Of a DNA stretch of 64,000 nucleotides, positions 18,726-27,160 are shown in pieces. The notes beneath the pieces are model-generated. The model did no database searches. It was given only the letters and a program-made list of their open reading frames with translations, and had not been told where the DNA came from. Where the stretch lies: assembly GCA_963674745.2 (NCBI GenBank), contig CAXXDV010000001.1, forward strand, positions 160,001 to 224,000, given 5' to 3'. The stretch comes from Desulfosudaceae bacterium. GTDB taxonomy: Bacteria; Desulfobacterota; Desulfobacteria; Desulfobacterales; Desulfosudaceae. The position numbers and the translations under genes were made by a program. Within the stretch, counting starts at the first letter, position 1; each line of letters begins with the position of its first letter.

Positions 18726-19223
18726 TTAAATCTTATGGGCATGCTTAAGGGCAAAATCTATTACCCTCTGGCTTAAATAAATACCATTTGATTGCATTCT
18801 ATGCATTGCTTCGCGCATTGAAAAATCAAGGCCACTGTTTTTTGCCCGGATCAGCACACCTATCGATCCGGTTAAATGAAGACCGTTTAACCGAGCAACG
18901 CGCCTTCCAACCACCTCATCAATGCAAACAGTTTGTATCTTTTTATTTAACGCCAGTTGAATAACCGAAGCCTCCCCCAAATCCAGTGAATTTTTTAAAA
19001 AATTCATAATGGCTATCGGTTCTGTTTGTTTCTGTAAAAAATCACAAGTCATAAATTCTTTTACGCCAAAAGCAGTGGCCCCACCCGTCTCTATTTCCTG
19101 ACATACCTCAAAAGGGACAAGGACGCGTCTGTAAATCTTCTCCAGTATAGACAAATCACCATAACCCGCTGTCAGAGCAAGCAAAGGACCGGTGTTTATT
19201 ACCAGTGATTCTGTTTCAGGCAT
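18726..19223 (-). CDS. DUF3368 family PIN-like putative toxin
   Basis: VINTGPL, LDLGEASVIQLA, IDE..GRRVA and TGSIGVL motifs; overlaps the upstream UPF0175 stop. Confidence 0.85.
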   Translation of the reverse strand: MPETESLVINTGPLLALTAGYGDLSILEKIYRRVLVPFEVCQEIETGGATAFGVKEFMTCDFLQKQTEPIAIMNFLKNSLDLGEASVIQLALNKKIQTVCIDEVVGRRVARLNGLHLTGSIGVLIRAKNSGLDFSMREAMHRMQSNGIYLSQRVIDFALKHAHKI

Positions 19224-19470
19224 TTTGCATATCCGTCGAGAGTTCTGCCTCATCAAGATCTATCATGGGCACATTGAAACGATGAAGATTAAGCAAAAAT
19301 TTCGTCCGGCTACATCCAGCCAATGACGCTGCCATTCCAGATGAAAGGCGCTTCAACTCAAACAGCTTTACCGCCATCGCCATTCTGGCCTCATCCTCAA
19401 ACGCCTGCTTTGTCATTTGAAGAACATCCGGCAAGTTCTGCGGATATTGGATATTCAATTGATTTGGCAT
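19216..19470 (-). CDS. UPF0175 family putative antitoxin
   Basis: AVKLFE..RLSSGMAASLAG.SR..FL motif. Confidence 0.85.
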   Translation of the reverse strand: MPNQLNIQYPQNLPDVLQMTKQAFEDEARMAMAVKLFELKRLSSGMAASLAGCSRTKFLLNLHRFNVPMIDLDEAELSTDMQNA

Positions 19471-19570
19471 AAATCACCTCAAAATATCTTATTTTCCATT
19501 GTTCTCAAATCTTTGATATTTTCTAATATAATATGAATCCCCAACGAACTCAAGAAAATCAACCCCGACC

Positions 19571-19672
19571 ACATAACCACTTAATCACATAATCACATAA
19601 TCACATAATCACATAATCACTTAATCACGTAATCACATAATCACGTAATCATTTAAACCCCTGCGAAGCAAG
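19571..19672. repeat. Junction element: octamer array + cctgcgaagca hairpin variant
   Basis: About ten (a/t/g)taatcac-type units, then atttaaacccctgcgaagcaag. Confidence 0.85.
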
Positions 19673-19688
19673 TACCTAAAAAATAAAC

Positions 19689-19717
19689 TTGACATTACAT
19701 GTATCTTTGAGTATTTT
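19689..19717 (+). promoter_or_regulatory. Sigma70-like promoter of AAA #2
   Basis: TTGACA-17 nt-TATTTT. Confidence 0.5.
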
Positions 19718-19749
19718 TAATCACAACATTGAGCAAATTGTATAAAAAT

Positions 19750-20943
19750 ATGAAGCTACCTGAATTCAAAAGATATAACGTCGATATTCTTTTTGATCGA
19801 TTACTGGAATCACAGCCTTTTATCCAGATCGTTACCGGGCCCCGCCAGATCGGCAAAACAACCGCCCTGCTTCAGATCATTGAAAAATGGCCGGGACCCA
19901 CCTTATTCGCTACGGCTGACGCTCCAGCCCCTCCAGGACCGGAATGGATCGAACAAAACTGGCAAACAGCCCGAATCAAAGCTGAAGAACAAAAGCCAAC
20001 GCTTCTGGTTCTAGATGAAATTCAAAAAGTCCGTGGCTGGGATGAAAGCGTCAAATATTTCTGGGACCAATCAAAATACCAGGACAACCCCATCCGGGTA
20101 ATCCTTTGCGGTTCTTCATCGCTACAAATTCAAACCGGATTGACCGAAAGCCTGGCCGGCCGCTTCGAACTCGTCCCCATGACACACTGGTCCTACCTGG
20201 AAATGCGGGACTGCTTCGGCTGGGACCTTAACACTTACTTTTATCATGGGGGTTACCCGGGCGCCGCTTCGCTGATCCACGATTCGCAACGATGGGCGGA
20301 TTATATACAACAATCATTAGTGGAAACAGCCATCGGCAAAGACATTCTGATGTTGCATCGCGTGGAAAAGCCGGCGCTTTTGCGCCAATTGTATGCGCTC
20401 AGTTGTGATTATGCCGGTCAGGTCGTCTCTTACCAGAAACTGGTGGGGCAACTCCACGATGCCGGCAATACCACCACCCTGGCCCATTACCAACGGCTTC
20501 TGGAAGGCGCCTTTCTTATTCAAGGTCTGCCCAAGTGGCATGGGGCAAAATTGCGTTCGCGCGCCTCAAGCCCCAAATGGCAGCCGCGCAACACCGCCCT
20601 GGTAACCTCACAATCCGGTCTGACTTTTGAACAATGGCGCCAGGAACCGATTCGCTGGGGACGACTGGTGGAGATCGCTGTCGGTGCCCATCTGATTAAT
20701 CAGGCTGACGAAAAAGGCTATACCGTTCATTACTGGCGTGAAAGAAACAAGGAGGTGGGTTTCATCATCTCCGGCAAAGGCGGACTGGCCGCCCTGGAAG
20801 TCAAAAGCGGTGTGTTTTCCAAACCTCACTCCGGCCTGCAACTCTTCAAAAAACAATGGCCGGAAGCAAAAACATGGATAATCGGCCCCAACGGTCTGGA
20901 CCTGAAAGATTTCTTTACATTCGACCCGACCGACCTGTTGTAA
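19750..20943 (+). CDS. AAA+ ATPase with DUF4143 (#2); nuclease motif reads EVGF
   Basis: GPRQIGKT, LVLDEIQ, CGSS, HGGYP and EVGF...LEVK motifs. Confidence 0.88.
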   Translation: MKLPEFKRYNVDILFDRLLESQPFIQIVTGPRQIGKTTALLQIIEKWPGPTLFATADAPAPPGPEWIEQNWQTARIKAEEQKPTLLVLDEIQKVRGWDESVKYFWDQSKYQDNPIRVILCGSSSLQIQTGLTESLAGRFELVPMTHWSYLEMRDCFGWDLNTYFYHGGYPGAASLIHDSQRWADYIQQSLVETAIGKDILMLHRVEKPALLRQLYALSCDYAGQVVSYQKLVGQLHDAGNTTTLAHYQRLLEGAFLIQGLPKWHGAKLRSRASSPKWQPRNTALVTSQSGLTFEQWRQEPIRWGRLVEIAVGAHLINQADEKGYTVHYWRERNKEVGFIISGKGGLAALEVKSGVFSKPHSGLQLFKKQWPEAKTWIIGPNGLDLKDFFTFDPTDLL

Positions 20944-21063
20944 ATACCTAATCACATAACTACTTAATCACATAATCACTTTTACCCCTTGACATCCATA
21001 TTTTTATATAATAGTGTTTGAATAAATTTATTCATTAACAATTATCTAAAATTGAATGTTCTC

Positions 21064-22440
21064 ATGGATATCCGTTTTTCACCGCATAACACTCACCTGG
21101 AATCGCCTGACGAATTTTCCATTAGAGATCCCCACCTGGCCCGCCTGGGCAAGTTACCCCTGACGCATACATCCAGCCTGCTTGACGACCTGCCCTTTGA
21201 AACGCCGGGAATATATACCTTGGGCGGTGGACGCCAGGTCGGCAAAACGACCTTGACCAAACAATGGATATCACATCTGCTGCAAAAAAATATAAAGCCC
21301 CGGTTCATAAGATATCTATCCGGTGAACTGATTGACGATCATCATTCACTCGTGCGTCACCTGACTGACATATTTGACGAAATGCCTGTCGGTAACGACA
21401 TGCGTTATCTTGTCCTGGACGAAGTAACGTACATAAAAGAGTGGGACAAAGGAATCAAGTACATTGCCGATGCAGGCCTGCTTGAACAAACTGCCATTAT
21501 GCTCACCGGATCGGATATTGCTTTCATATCGGAGGCCCGCATGCGGTTCCCCGGTCGACGAGGGCCTGCGGATCAGGTCGATTTTCATCTCTATCCGTTA
21601 AGCTTCAGAGAAACCGTCCATTTAAAAGGCCTGCTTCCCCGAGAGGCACTATCCGATTTAAACCAGCCGGACCTTCAGCCGTCAGAACCCGTCATCACCG
21701 CCCTGTTCGATGCCTTTGATGCCTATCTCATTCACGGCGGCTTTCTTACGGCGATCAACGACATGGCCGCTCATCACCGCGTCCTGCCCGCGACCTTTGC
21801 CATATACAGTGACTGGATTCGCGGCGATATGATCAAAAAAGGCAAAAAAGAACACTACTTGAGAGAACTGCTGGATGCCGTTATCCGGCATACAGGCAGT
21901 CAGATAACATGGAATGTACTGGCGCAAAGCCTTTCAATTGACCATCCACAGACCGTCTCCGACTATGCAGCCCTGCTTGTTTCCATGGATGCGCTTTTCA
22001 TCCAGCAGGCCCTGATCGAAGACAAACTGACGGGAGCGCCGAAAAAAGCCCGCAAGCTCATGTTTACCGACCCGTTTATCCACCACGCGATATACAACTG
22101 GCTGAACCCGACAGCCGATCCATACCAGCGTATCCTCGACACCCTTTCAACCGATGCCTCCCTGCCGGCAACGATCGCGGAAACCGTTGCCGCCTGCCAT
22201 TTCCGGAGGCATTTCCCAACCTATTATATAAAGGCCAAAGGTGAAGTGGATATCGCCTACATCCACCAGAACCGCTTCTGGCCGGTTGAAGTTAAATGGA
22301 CAAACCAGCTCCGTCCCGGGGATCTGAAACAAATCGTAAAATATCCCAACGCCCGTATTCTAACCAGAAACAAACAGCCCGGCACCATTCAAGGCATCCC
22401 CACCACACCACTGCCCCTTGCTCTTTTCCAACTAACCTGA
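21064..22440 (+). CDS. AAA+ ATPase with DUF4143 (#3)
   Basis: GGRQVGKT, LVLDEV, TGS, HGGF and EVDI...VEVK motifs; TTGACA at 20989. Confidence 0.88.
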   Translation: MDIRFSPHNTHLESPDEFSIRDPHLARLGKLPLTHTSSLLDDLPFETPGIYTLGGGRQVGKTTLTKQWISHLLQKNIKPRFIRYLSGELIDDHHSLVRHLTDIFDEMPVGNDMRYLVLDEVTYIKEWDKGIKYIADAGLLEQTAIMLTGSDIAFISEARMRFPGRRGPADQVDFHLYPLSFRETVHLKGLLPREALSDLNQPDLQPSEPVITALFDAFDAYLIHGGFLTAINDMAAHHRVLPATFAIYSDWIRGDMIKKGKKEHYLRELLDAVIRHTGSQITWNVLAQSLSIDHPQTVSDYAALLVSMDALFIQQALIEDKLTGAPKKARKLMFTDPFIHHAIYNWLNPTADPYQRILDTLSTDASLPATIAETVAACHFRRHFPTYYIKAKGEVDIAYIHQNRFWPVEVKWTNQLRPGDLKQIVKYPNARILTRNKQPGTIQGIPTTPLPLALFQLT

Positions 22441-22454
22441 ATTCACCTCCACCC

Positions 22455-22590
22455 CTTCTAAGTAACAAAACCATCTTTTCTTTTAGAGCTGATTCAGAAA
22501 CAGGGCCAACCGGGATGCTAACCACATAACCACTTAATCACTTAACCACTTAATCACATAACCACTTAACCCCCGCGAAGCAGGACTTAA
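22455..22590. repeat. Junction element: ~65-bp repeat shared with 62836-62905, octamer array and cccgcgaagcagg hairpin
   Basis: taagtaacaaaaccatcttttcttttagagctgattcagaaacagggccaaccgggatgctaaccac closely matches the reverse complement of 62836-62905. Confidence 0.85.
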
Positions 22591-22986
22591 TCACCCGACC
22601 TGAATTATCTGATTAAGGCATTGACAAACTTCATTAAAAACTTTATCTGGCAGTTTTTTCAGCGGATGCGTCCTTGCCCGGCGTACGCGCCAATCAAAAG
22701 ATTTTGGCTGATGGCAGAGCACATAACTGTTTTTTCCCGTTCTGTTTGCCCCCTTGGCCCGCCCCGCGGCGACAGCAAAAGGATTATCGGCATTATATTC
22801 CGCTGTGGTCATGGGCAAGCCGATGACCAGAGATGTTTTGTCGTTGAAGTTGCGCGGGGACAGCACCAAAAAAGGGTGCACATCCCGCATCTCCTGTCCA
22901 GCTTGAGGGTTGCAATCGATCCAGATCACATCCTGCCGGTCCGGCACCCATGAACGTTTCCTGGTGGTTTGCCCAGACTTTACCAT
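22591..22986 (-). CDS. mazF: MazF/PemK family endoribonuclease toxin
   Basis: PDRQDVIWIDCNPQAGQEM..HP.LVLSP..FN, PMTT and KSFDWRVR motifs. Confidence 0.88.
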   Translation of the reverse strand: MVKSGQTTRKRSWVPDRQDVIWIDCNPQAGQEMRDVHPFLVLSPRNFNDKTSLVIGLPMTTAEYNADNPFAVAAGRAKGANRTGKNSYVLCHQPKSFDWRVRRARTHPLKKLPDKVFNEVCQCLNQIIQVG

Positions 22987-23234
22987 TGTTCCACCCCGAC
23001 CGCTTGAGTCGGCATCACCTCACCCCCGTGCCTCTCCGGGTCAAACCGTTCCAAACGCTGCTCCAGGGTCAATTCCGCGTCCCGAATAGGACGAATTACG
23101 ACGGCCCTGTCTTCCACTGTAACGCGGACTCGCTGATCGATTTGCAACCGTGCTTCACGAGCTACCGCGGCAGGCAGGCGGACCCCCATACTGTTTCCCC
23201 ACTTCTTTAAACTCAGCACGCTTTCGGTCATCAC
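22980..23234 (-). CDS. mazE: MazE/AbrB family antitoxin
   Basis: KKWGNSMGVRLP motif; C-terminus VGVEQW; AGGAGG RBS. Confidence 0.9.
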   Translation of the reverse strand: MMTESVLSLKKWGNSMGVRLPAAVAREARLQIDQRVRVTVEDRAVVIRPIRDAELTLEQRLERFDPERHGGEVMPTQAVGVEQW

Positions 23235-23257
23235 AACCTCCTCTTGGCCATTGTCAA

Positions 23258-23298
23258 ATGTATAAACATAGTTTATACATCCAATGCCCTCCGGTCAA
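23258..23298 (-). promoter_or_regulatory. mazEF promoter with palindromic operator
   Basis: TTGACC-17-TAAACT on the minus strand, with a perfect inverted repeat atgtataaac-ata-gtttatacat (23258-23280) over the -10 box. Confidence 0.7.
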
Positions 23299-23348
23299 GC
23301 AAAAATCTTCAGCAGATCGAACCCATCCCCCCCTTCTCAAACCCCGCC

Positions 23349-23522
23349 CACATAATCACTTAACCACTTAATCACTTTCCCCACCTAAAACCTTAACACT
23401 TTAAAACCTCTAAAACCCTTTCCGTAAGGAAAGCCGTCAAATCTTCCTTCTCCCCCACCATCCGCTTTGCCTTATTCCGCCAACCCCCCCGATCTTCAGG
23501 CGCCATTAAAATCTCAACCCCC
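23349..23522. repeat. ~170-bp direct repeat of 27118-27289 (3' end of the DUF354 gene plus downstream octamers)
   Basis: Near-identical by eye; partial third copy at 27012-27062. Confidence 0.9.
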
Positions 23523-24627
23523 TCAAAAAACCATCTCCCCGCCGCACAACAATATCACCGACTTTCCGTTCGTGTTTCAAATGCAACACAACCTGCATCG
23601 CCGGGATCCCATAACGGCAGGAAAAATTCACCAGCGCCCGACCGGGGTTGTCTTGGGCCCGCTTTACTTCGATCAACTGTTCCGGCTGATTATTCTCCAC
23701 CAGACAAAAATCCACCTCAGCGCCGTCCTTGGTGCGAATATAATGCAAGCCGGCCTCCCGACCTTCAACATCAGCCAGACCGCAGACATGCTTCAACAGG
23801 CACAGCGCCACCATATTTTCAAAGCGGGCACCCTCGTCACCATGAACCAGGCCGGTATCATAAAAGTATATTTTGGGTGTCTTCACGATCGATCGGGCGA
23901 TATTTCTGGCGTAGGGCGTTACACGAAAAACAACAAACAAAGATTCCAGTATCTGAATATATTTTTTAATCGTATTGGGTGCTACGCCCACATCCTCGGC
24001 CAGAGACTGATACGAAACCGGCGTACCTGTTCGTGATCGCAGCAGTTCAAAAAGCAGTTGGATTGCCTTGAAGTCATGGATTCTTTCAAAATCCAGAATA
24101 TCGGTCCGAACCAGCCCGTCCACATACTGCATCCGCCAGCGGTCTGCGGCCACACTATCATCGGCCAGAAACGGTTCAGGGTATCCGCCCCGGCTCAAAA
24201 ACCGGGCGATCTCTGCTGTTTCACCCACATGATCCACCTCCGCCGGAGAAAACGGCAGCAGCCGATGCCTGAAAAACCGACCTGCCAGCGAATCCCCACT
24301 CTGGCGAAACGCCTCCAGCCGGGCGCTGCCGGTCACCAGGATCCGCATGCCCTCCGGCCGTGTATCATAAACGCCTTTCAGATAATTCTTCCAGCCACTC
24401 ATTTTATGAAGTTCATCTAAAATGAGCAGTTCCGTATCTTCCAGCCAGGCCTCGTCTTTTATAATGTCGCGGTCGCCCGCGCTGTCGTAATTCAAATACA
24501 CACTGCGGGAGAAAGACCGGGCAATCTCTTTGGCCAGCCAGGTCTTACCCACCTGTCGCGGCCCGGTGATGAACACCATCTTTTTTTCAAGATCTTTGAC
24601 AATAGCTGCTTTCTGCTGACGATCCAT
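23506..24627 (-). CDS. AAA+ ATPase with DUF4143 (#4)
   Basis: GPRQVGKT, LILDELH, TGSA, RGGYPE, KIYFYDTG and EVDF...IEVK motifs. Confidence 0.9.
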   Translation of the reverse strand: MDRQQKAAIVKDLEKKMVFITGPRQVGKTWLAKEIARSFSRSVYLNYDSAGDRDIIKDEAWLEDTELLILDELHKMSGWKNYLKGVYDTRPEGMRILVTGSARLEAFRQSGDSLAGRFFRHRLLPFSPAEVDHVGETAEIARFLSRGGYPEPFLADDSVAADRWRMQYVDGLVRTDILDFERIHDFKAIQLLFELLRSRTGTPVSYQSLAEDVGVAPNTIKKYIQILESLFVVFRVTPYARNIARSIVKTPKIYFYDTGLVHGDEGARFENMVALCLLKHVCGLADVEGREAGLHYIRTKDGAEVDFCLVENNQPEQLIEVKRAQDNPGRALVNFSCRYGIPAMQVVLHLKHERKVGDIVVRRGDGFLRGLRF

Positions 24628-24648
24628 AACATCCCCACACTCCATATC

Positions 24649-24678
24649 GACTATTCTGCACTATTTTGCAGAATAGTC
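24649..24678. promoter_or_regulatory. 12-bp inverted repeat (putative operator) upstream of AAA #4
   Basis: gactattctgca-ctattt-tgcagaatagtc overlaps a minus-strand TTGACT; a similar half-site tgcggaatagtc lies at about 24699. Confidence 0.6.
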
Positions 24679-24735
24679 AAGACCATCCCGCAAAACAATG
24701 CGGAATAGTCAGGGCATCCGCCCTTCCCTAAAACC

Positions 24736-25524
24736 CTAACTCTTACCCTCTCCCTCTTGTCCCGCCCACATCTCCCGAAAATAAAGAACCCGCTCCCTCT
24801 GATCCGATGTAAACAAAAAGGGCTCCACGTCACGCGCCAGAAATTCCAGGTCCAGCTTTTCCAACCGTTTGGTGAACATGCGGCGAAACTCATCAGCACC
24901 CACCCGTAATGTTTTTTCAATATAGTCATAATCCGGACGGGTCATCCCCAGCAAAAAAGAAACGTCAAAAAAATCCCGCCCCTTCTCCCGCTTCCGGAAC
25001 AACACCGCCATCATTTTTTGGGCCAGAAGGACCCCCGGCGGCGCCCCGAGTATGCGCCTGAAGACGCCGAATTTGTTTATGACAACCACCTGCGATTTAT
25101 AATTTGGCTCCTTGCTTTCACTGTCTACCTGCACTAAAATTTTTCGTCCCTTATCCGGGCTGATTCCGGTTTGATAAAGAATTTCCGGGAACCGGAGATA
25201 GCAATGAAAAGCACCGCGCTCGACCATCCGGTATTCCACCATAAACCCTTTGTATTCCATATCCCGACAAGCCGTTGCCAGCAGCGCTTCAAATTCTGTA
25301 AAGGTCAGCCCGAAACTGTCAAAATCCAAATCTTCGGAAAACCGAACGCTTTGGTGTAAAATACGCACGGCAGTCCCTCCGATAAAGCATAAACGTGCCG
25401 CTGCCCTGTTTTTAAACAACGAATCAAGGAGCTCATACTGCAGATATTCCACCAGCGCCCCTTCCGGGTTGCGCCGGAAAACATCTTCCGGAAAATAAGC
25501 GGCAATCTGGTCTATGGTAAGCAT
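24736..25524 (-). CDS. AbiEii-type nucleotidyltransferase toxin (#2)
   Basis: FIGGTAVRIL..SVRFSEDLDF and KGRDFFD motifs. Confidence 0.9.
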   Translation of the reverse strand: MLTIDQIAAYFPEDVFRRNPEGALVEYLQYELLDSLFKNRAAARLCFIGGTAVRILHQSVRFSEDLDFDSFGLTFTEFEALLATACRDMEYKGFMVEYRMVERGAFHCYLRFPEILYQTGISPDKGRKILVQVDSESKEPNYKSQVVVINKFGVFRRILGAPPGVLLAQKMMAVLFRKREKGRDFFDVSFLLGMTRPDYDYIEKTLRVGADEFRRMFTKRLEKLDLEFLARDVEPFLFTSDQRERVLYFREMWAGQEGEGKS

Positions 25525-26111
25525 GTCAGCGCCCAACGCTCAAGTTTCTTGCCCCCAAAAGCCGCCAGGTATTTACGAAATCGTTCTTCATCCACAAGTT
25601 CCCGCAATAGATCTTTATTTAATCGGATAGCCGCTATGTCCGCCGGGCTGTTGATTGTCTTCAGGTTCAGATAAAGATAGTCCAGCAAGGCCTTTTCCGG
25701 TTCAGCCAGCAGATACGAGCCATTCCCCGTTACTATTGTTTTATACCCCCAAAAAAGCGTCTTTTTGATATGACGATAAACAAAATGGCCGAAATAGTTA
25801 TCAAACCTCCGGTTAATCTTGGCGGTCACGCAAATCTGCGCATATACCATTTCCGGAATAAAACCATAATGCGCAAGCGCGCTCTCTAAGCTGATGTAGG
25901 ACGGCTGGTACAAAAGGCAAGCGACTTCTTCTTTTGTGATGCGCTCCGCTTCCCCGGCAAAAACATATAGGCCGTTCTTCAGCCTCAACAAATATCCCTT
26001 TTTCATCCAAAGGCTTAGCTGATAATCATAAACCGTTACCCCGCTAAGTAGAAGGTCCTGCCGGGAAAAAACAGGGCCTCGGATATATTTTTTCAGATCA
26101 TTATATTTCAT
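25512..26111 (-). CDS. AbiEi-type antitoxin (#2)
   Basis: LRLKNGLY, PSYISLESAL.HYGFIPE and AEPEKALLD motifs. Confidence 0.85.
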   Translation of the reverse strand: MKYNDLKKYIRGPVFSRQDLLLSGVTVYDYQLSLWMKKGYLLRLKNGLYVFAGEAERITKEEVACLLYQPSYISLESALAHYGFIPEMVYAQICVTAKINRRFDNYFGHFVYRHIKKTLFWGYKTIVTGNGSYLLAEPEKALLDYLYLNLKTINSPADIAAIRLNKDLLRELVDEERFRKYLAAFGGKKLERWALTCLP

Positions 26112-26159
26112 AAACTTATTATTAATAATAAATTAATGAAATGTCAATAACCCATTCCC

Positions 26160-26382
26160 CGTCATGCCGGACCCATTCCTTCATCACTCCGCCTCATTCC
26201 TCGTCATGCCGGACCTGATCCGGTATCCAGATAAAATTGCCCCGATTCCTCGTCACTCCGGACTCCGATCCGGAGTCCGGAGTGCCACATAAAGCGCGCC
26301 CTAAAACCCTTAAACCCAATACCTGATACCCGAAACCCATAACCACTTAATCACGTAATGATTAAAACCCCTGCGAAGCAGG
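26160..26382. repeat. Junction element: cgtca(t/c) REP cluster + octamers + CCTGCGAAGCAGG hairpin
   Basis: cgtcatgccggacctgatccggtatccag; cgtcactccggactccgatccggagtcc; hairpin at 26370-26382. Confidence 0.8.
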
Positions 26383-26498
26383 CCCATAACCCCGAATTAC
26401 TTCCCTGATATCTAAAAAGACCTATTGTTTTTTATTGGATTTGGTTATTATAATTATGTTATTCTAATTGAAAATATTCGTATACCTTACAATTAAGT

Positions 26499-26714
26499 AT
26501 GATGGAGAACAAAATGATAACCTTGAATCCTCAGTATGTTATTGATAACAACAAACGCCCCAAGGCGGTTCTTCTGACGATCAAAGAATGGAATGATATT
26601 GTGGATGCAATTGAAGAGCTTGATGATATACGCGCCTATGACGCTGTAAAATCAGGCCCACAAGAGGCCATTCCATTAGAACAAGCTGTACGGGAAATCC
26701 AGAAAAAATATTAA
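26499..26714 (+). CDS. Small putative antitoxin (RelB-like partner)
   Basis: 71 aa with an acidic C-terminal half (EELDDIRAYD); directly upstream of the RelE-like gene. Confidence 0.75.
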   Translation: MMENKMITLNPQYVIDNNKRPKAVLLTIKEWNDIVDAIEELDDIRAYDAVKSGPQEAIPLEQAVREIQKKY

Positions 26715-26715
26715 A

Positions 26716-26970
26716 ATGGCATATAAGGTTGAGATACTTCGCTCAGCGCAAAAACAGCTCGCAAAAATTGCCCCCCAAGAACAAGACCGCATTATTGACT
26801 CCCTACGCAACTTGTCAGAAAATCCCCGGCCCCACGGTAGTAAAAAACTTGTTGCACGACCCGCCTGGCGCATCCGTGTTGGTTCCTATCGTGTAATCTA
26901 TGAGATTCATGATGATCAATTAACCGTGTGCGTAATTACTATTGGCCACCGCAGCCATATCTATCGATAA
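26716..26970 (+). CDS. relE: RelE/ParE family toxin
   Basis: YKVEI..SAQKQL, NPRP.GSKKL, WRIRVGSYRVIYEI and IGHR motifs. Confidence 0.88.
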   Translation: MAYKVEILRSAQKQLAKIAPQEQDRIIDSLRNLSENPRPHGSKKLVARPAWRIRVGSYRVIYEIHDDQLTVCVITIGHRSHIYR

Positions 26971-27160
26971 CCCCGTCCACCTAAAACCTAAAACTTTAAT
27001 ACCTAAAACTTAAAACCCTTTCCGTAAGGAAAGCCGTCAAATCTTCCTTCTCCCCTACCATCCTCGTCATGCCGGACTTGATCCGGCATCCACAAGCGCT
27101 AAAACCTTCCCCTTAATCACATAATCACTTAACCACTTAATCACTTTCCCCACCTAAAAC

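Noticed and set aside
15200..27150. Classical integron (octamers contain GTTAGGT/GTTAAGT, matching GTTRRRY)
   Set aside because: No intI, no recognisable attC hairpins with R/L boxes, and mixed gene orientation. The match arises within simple tandem repeats.
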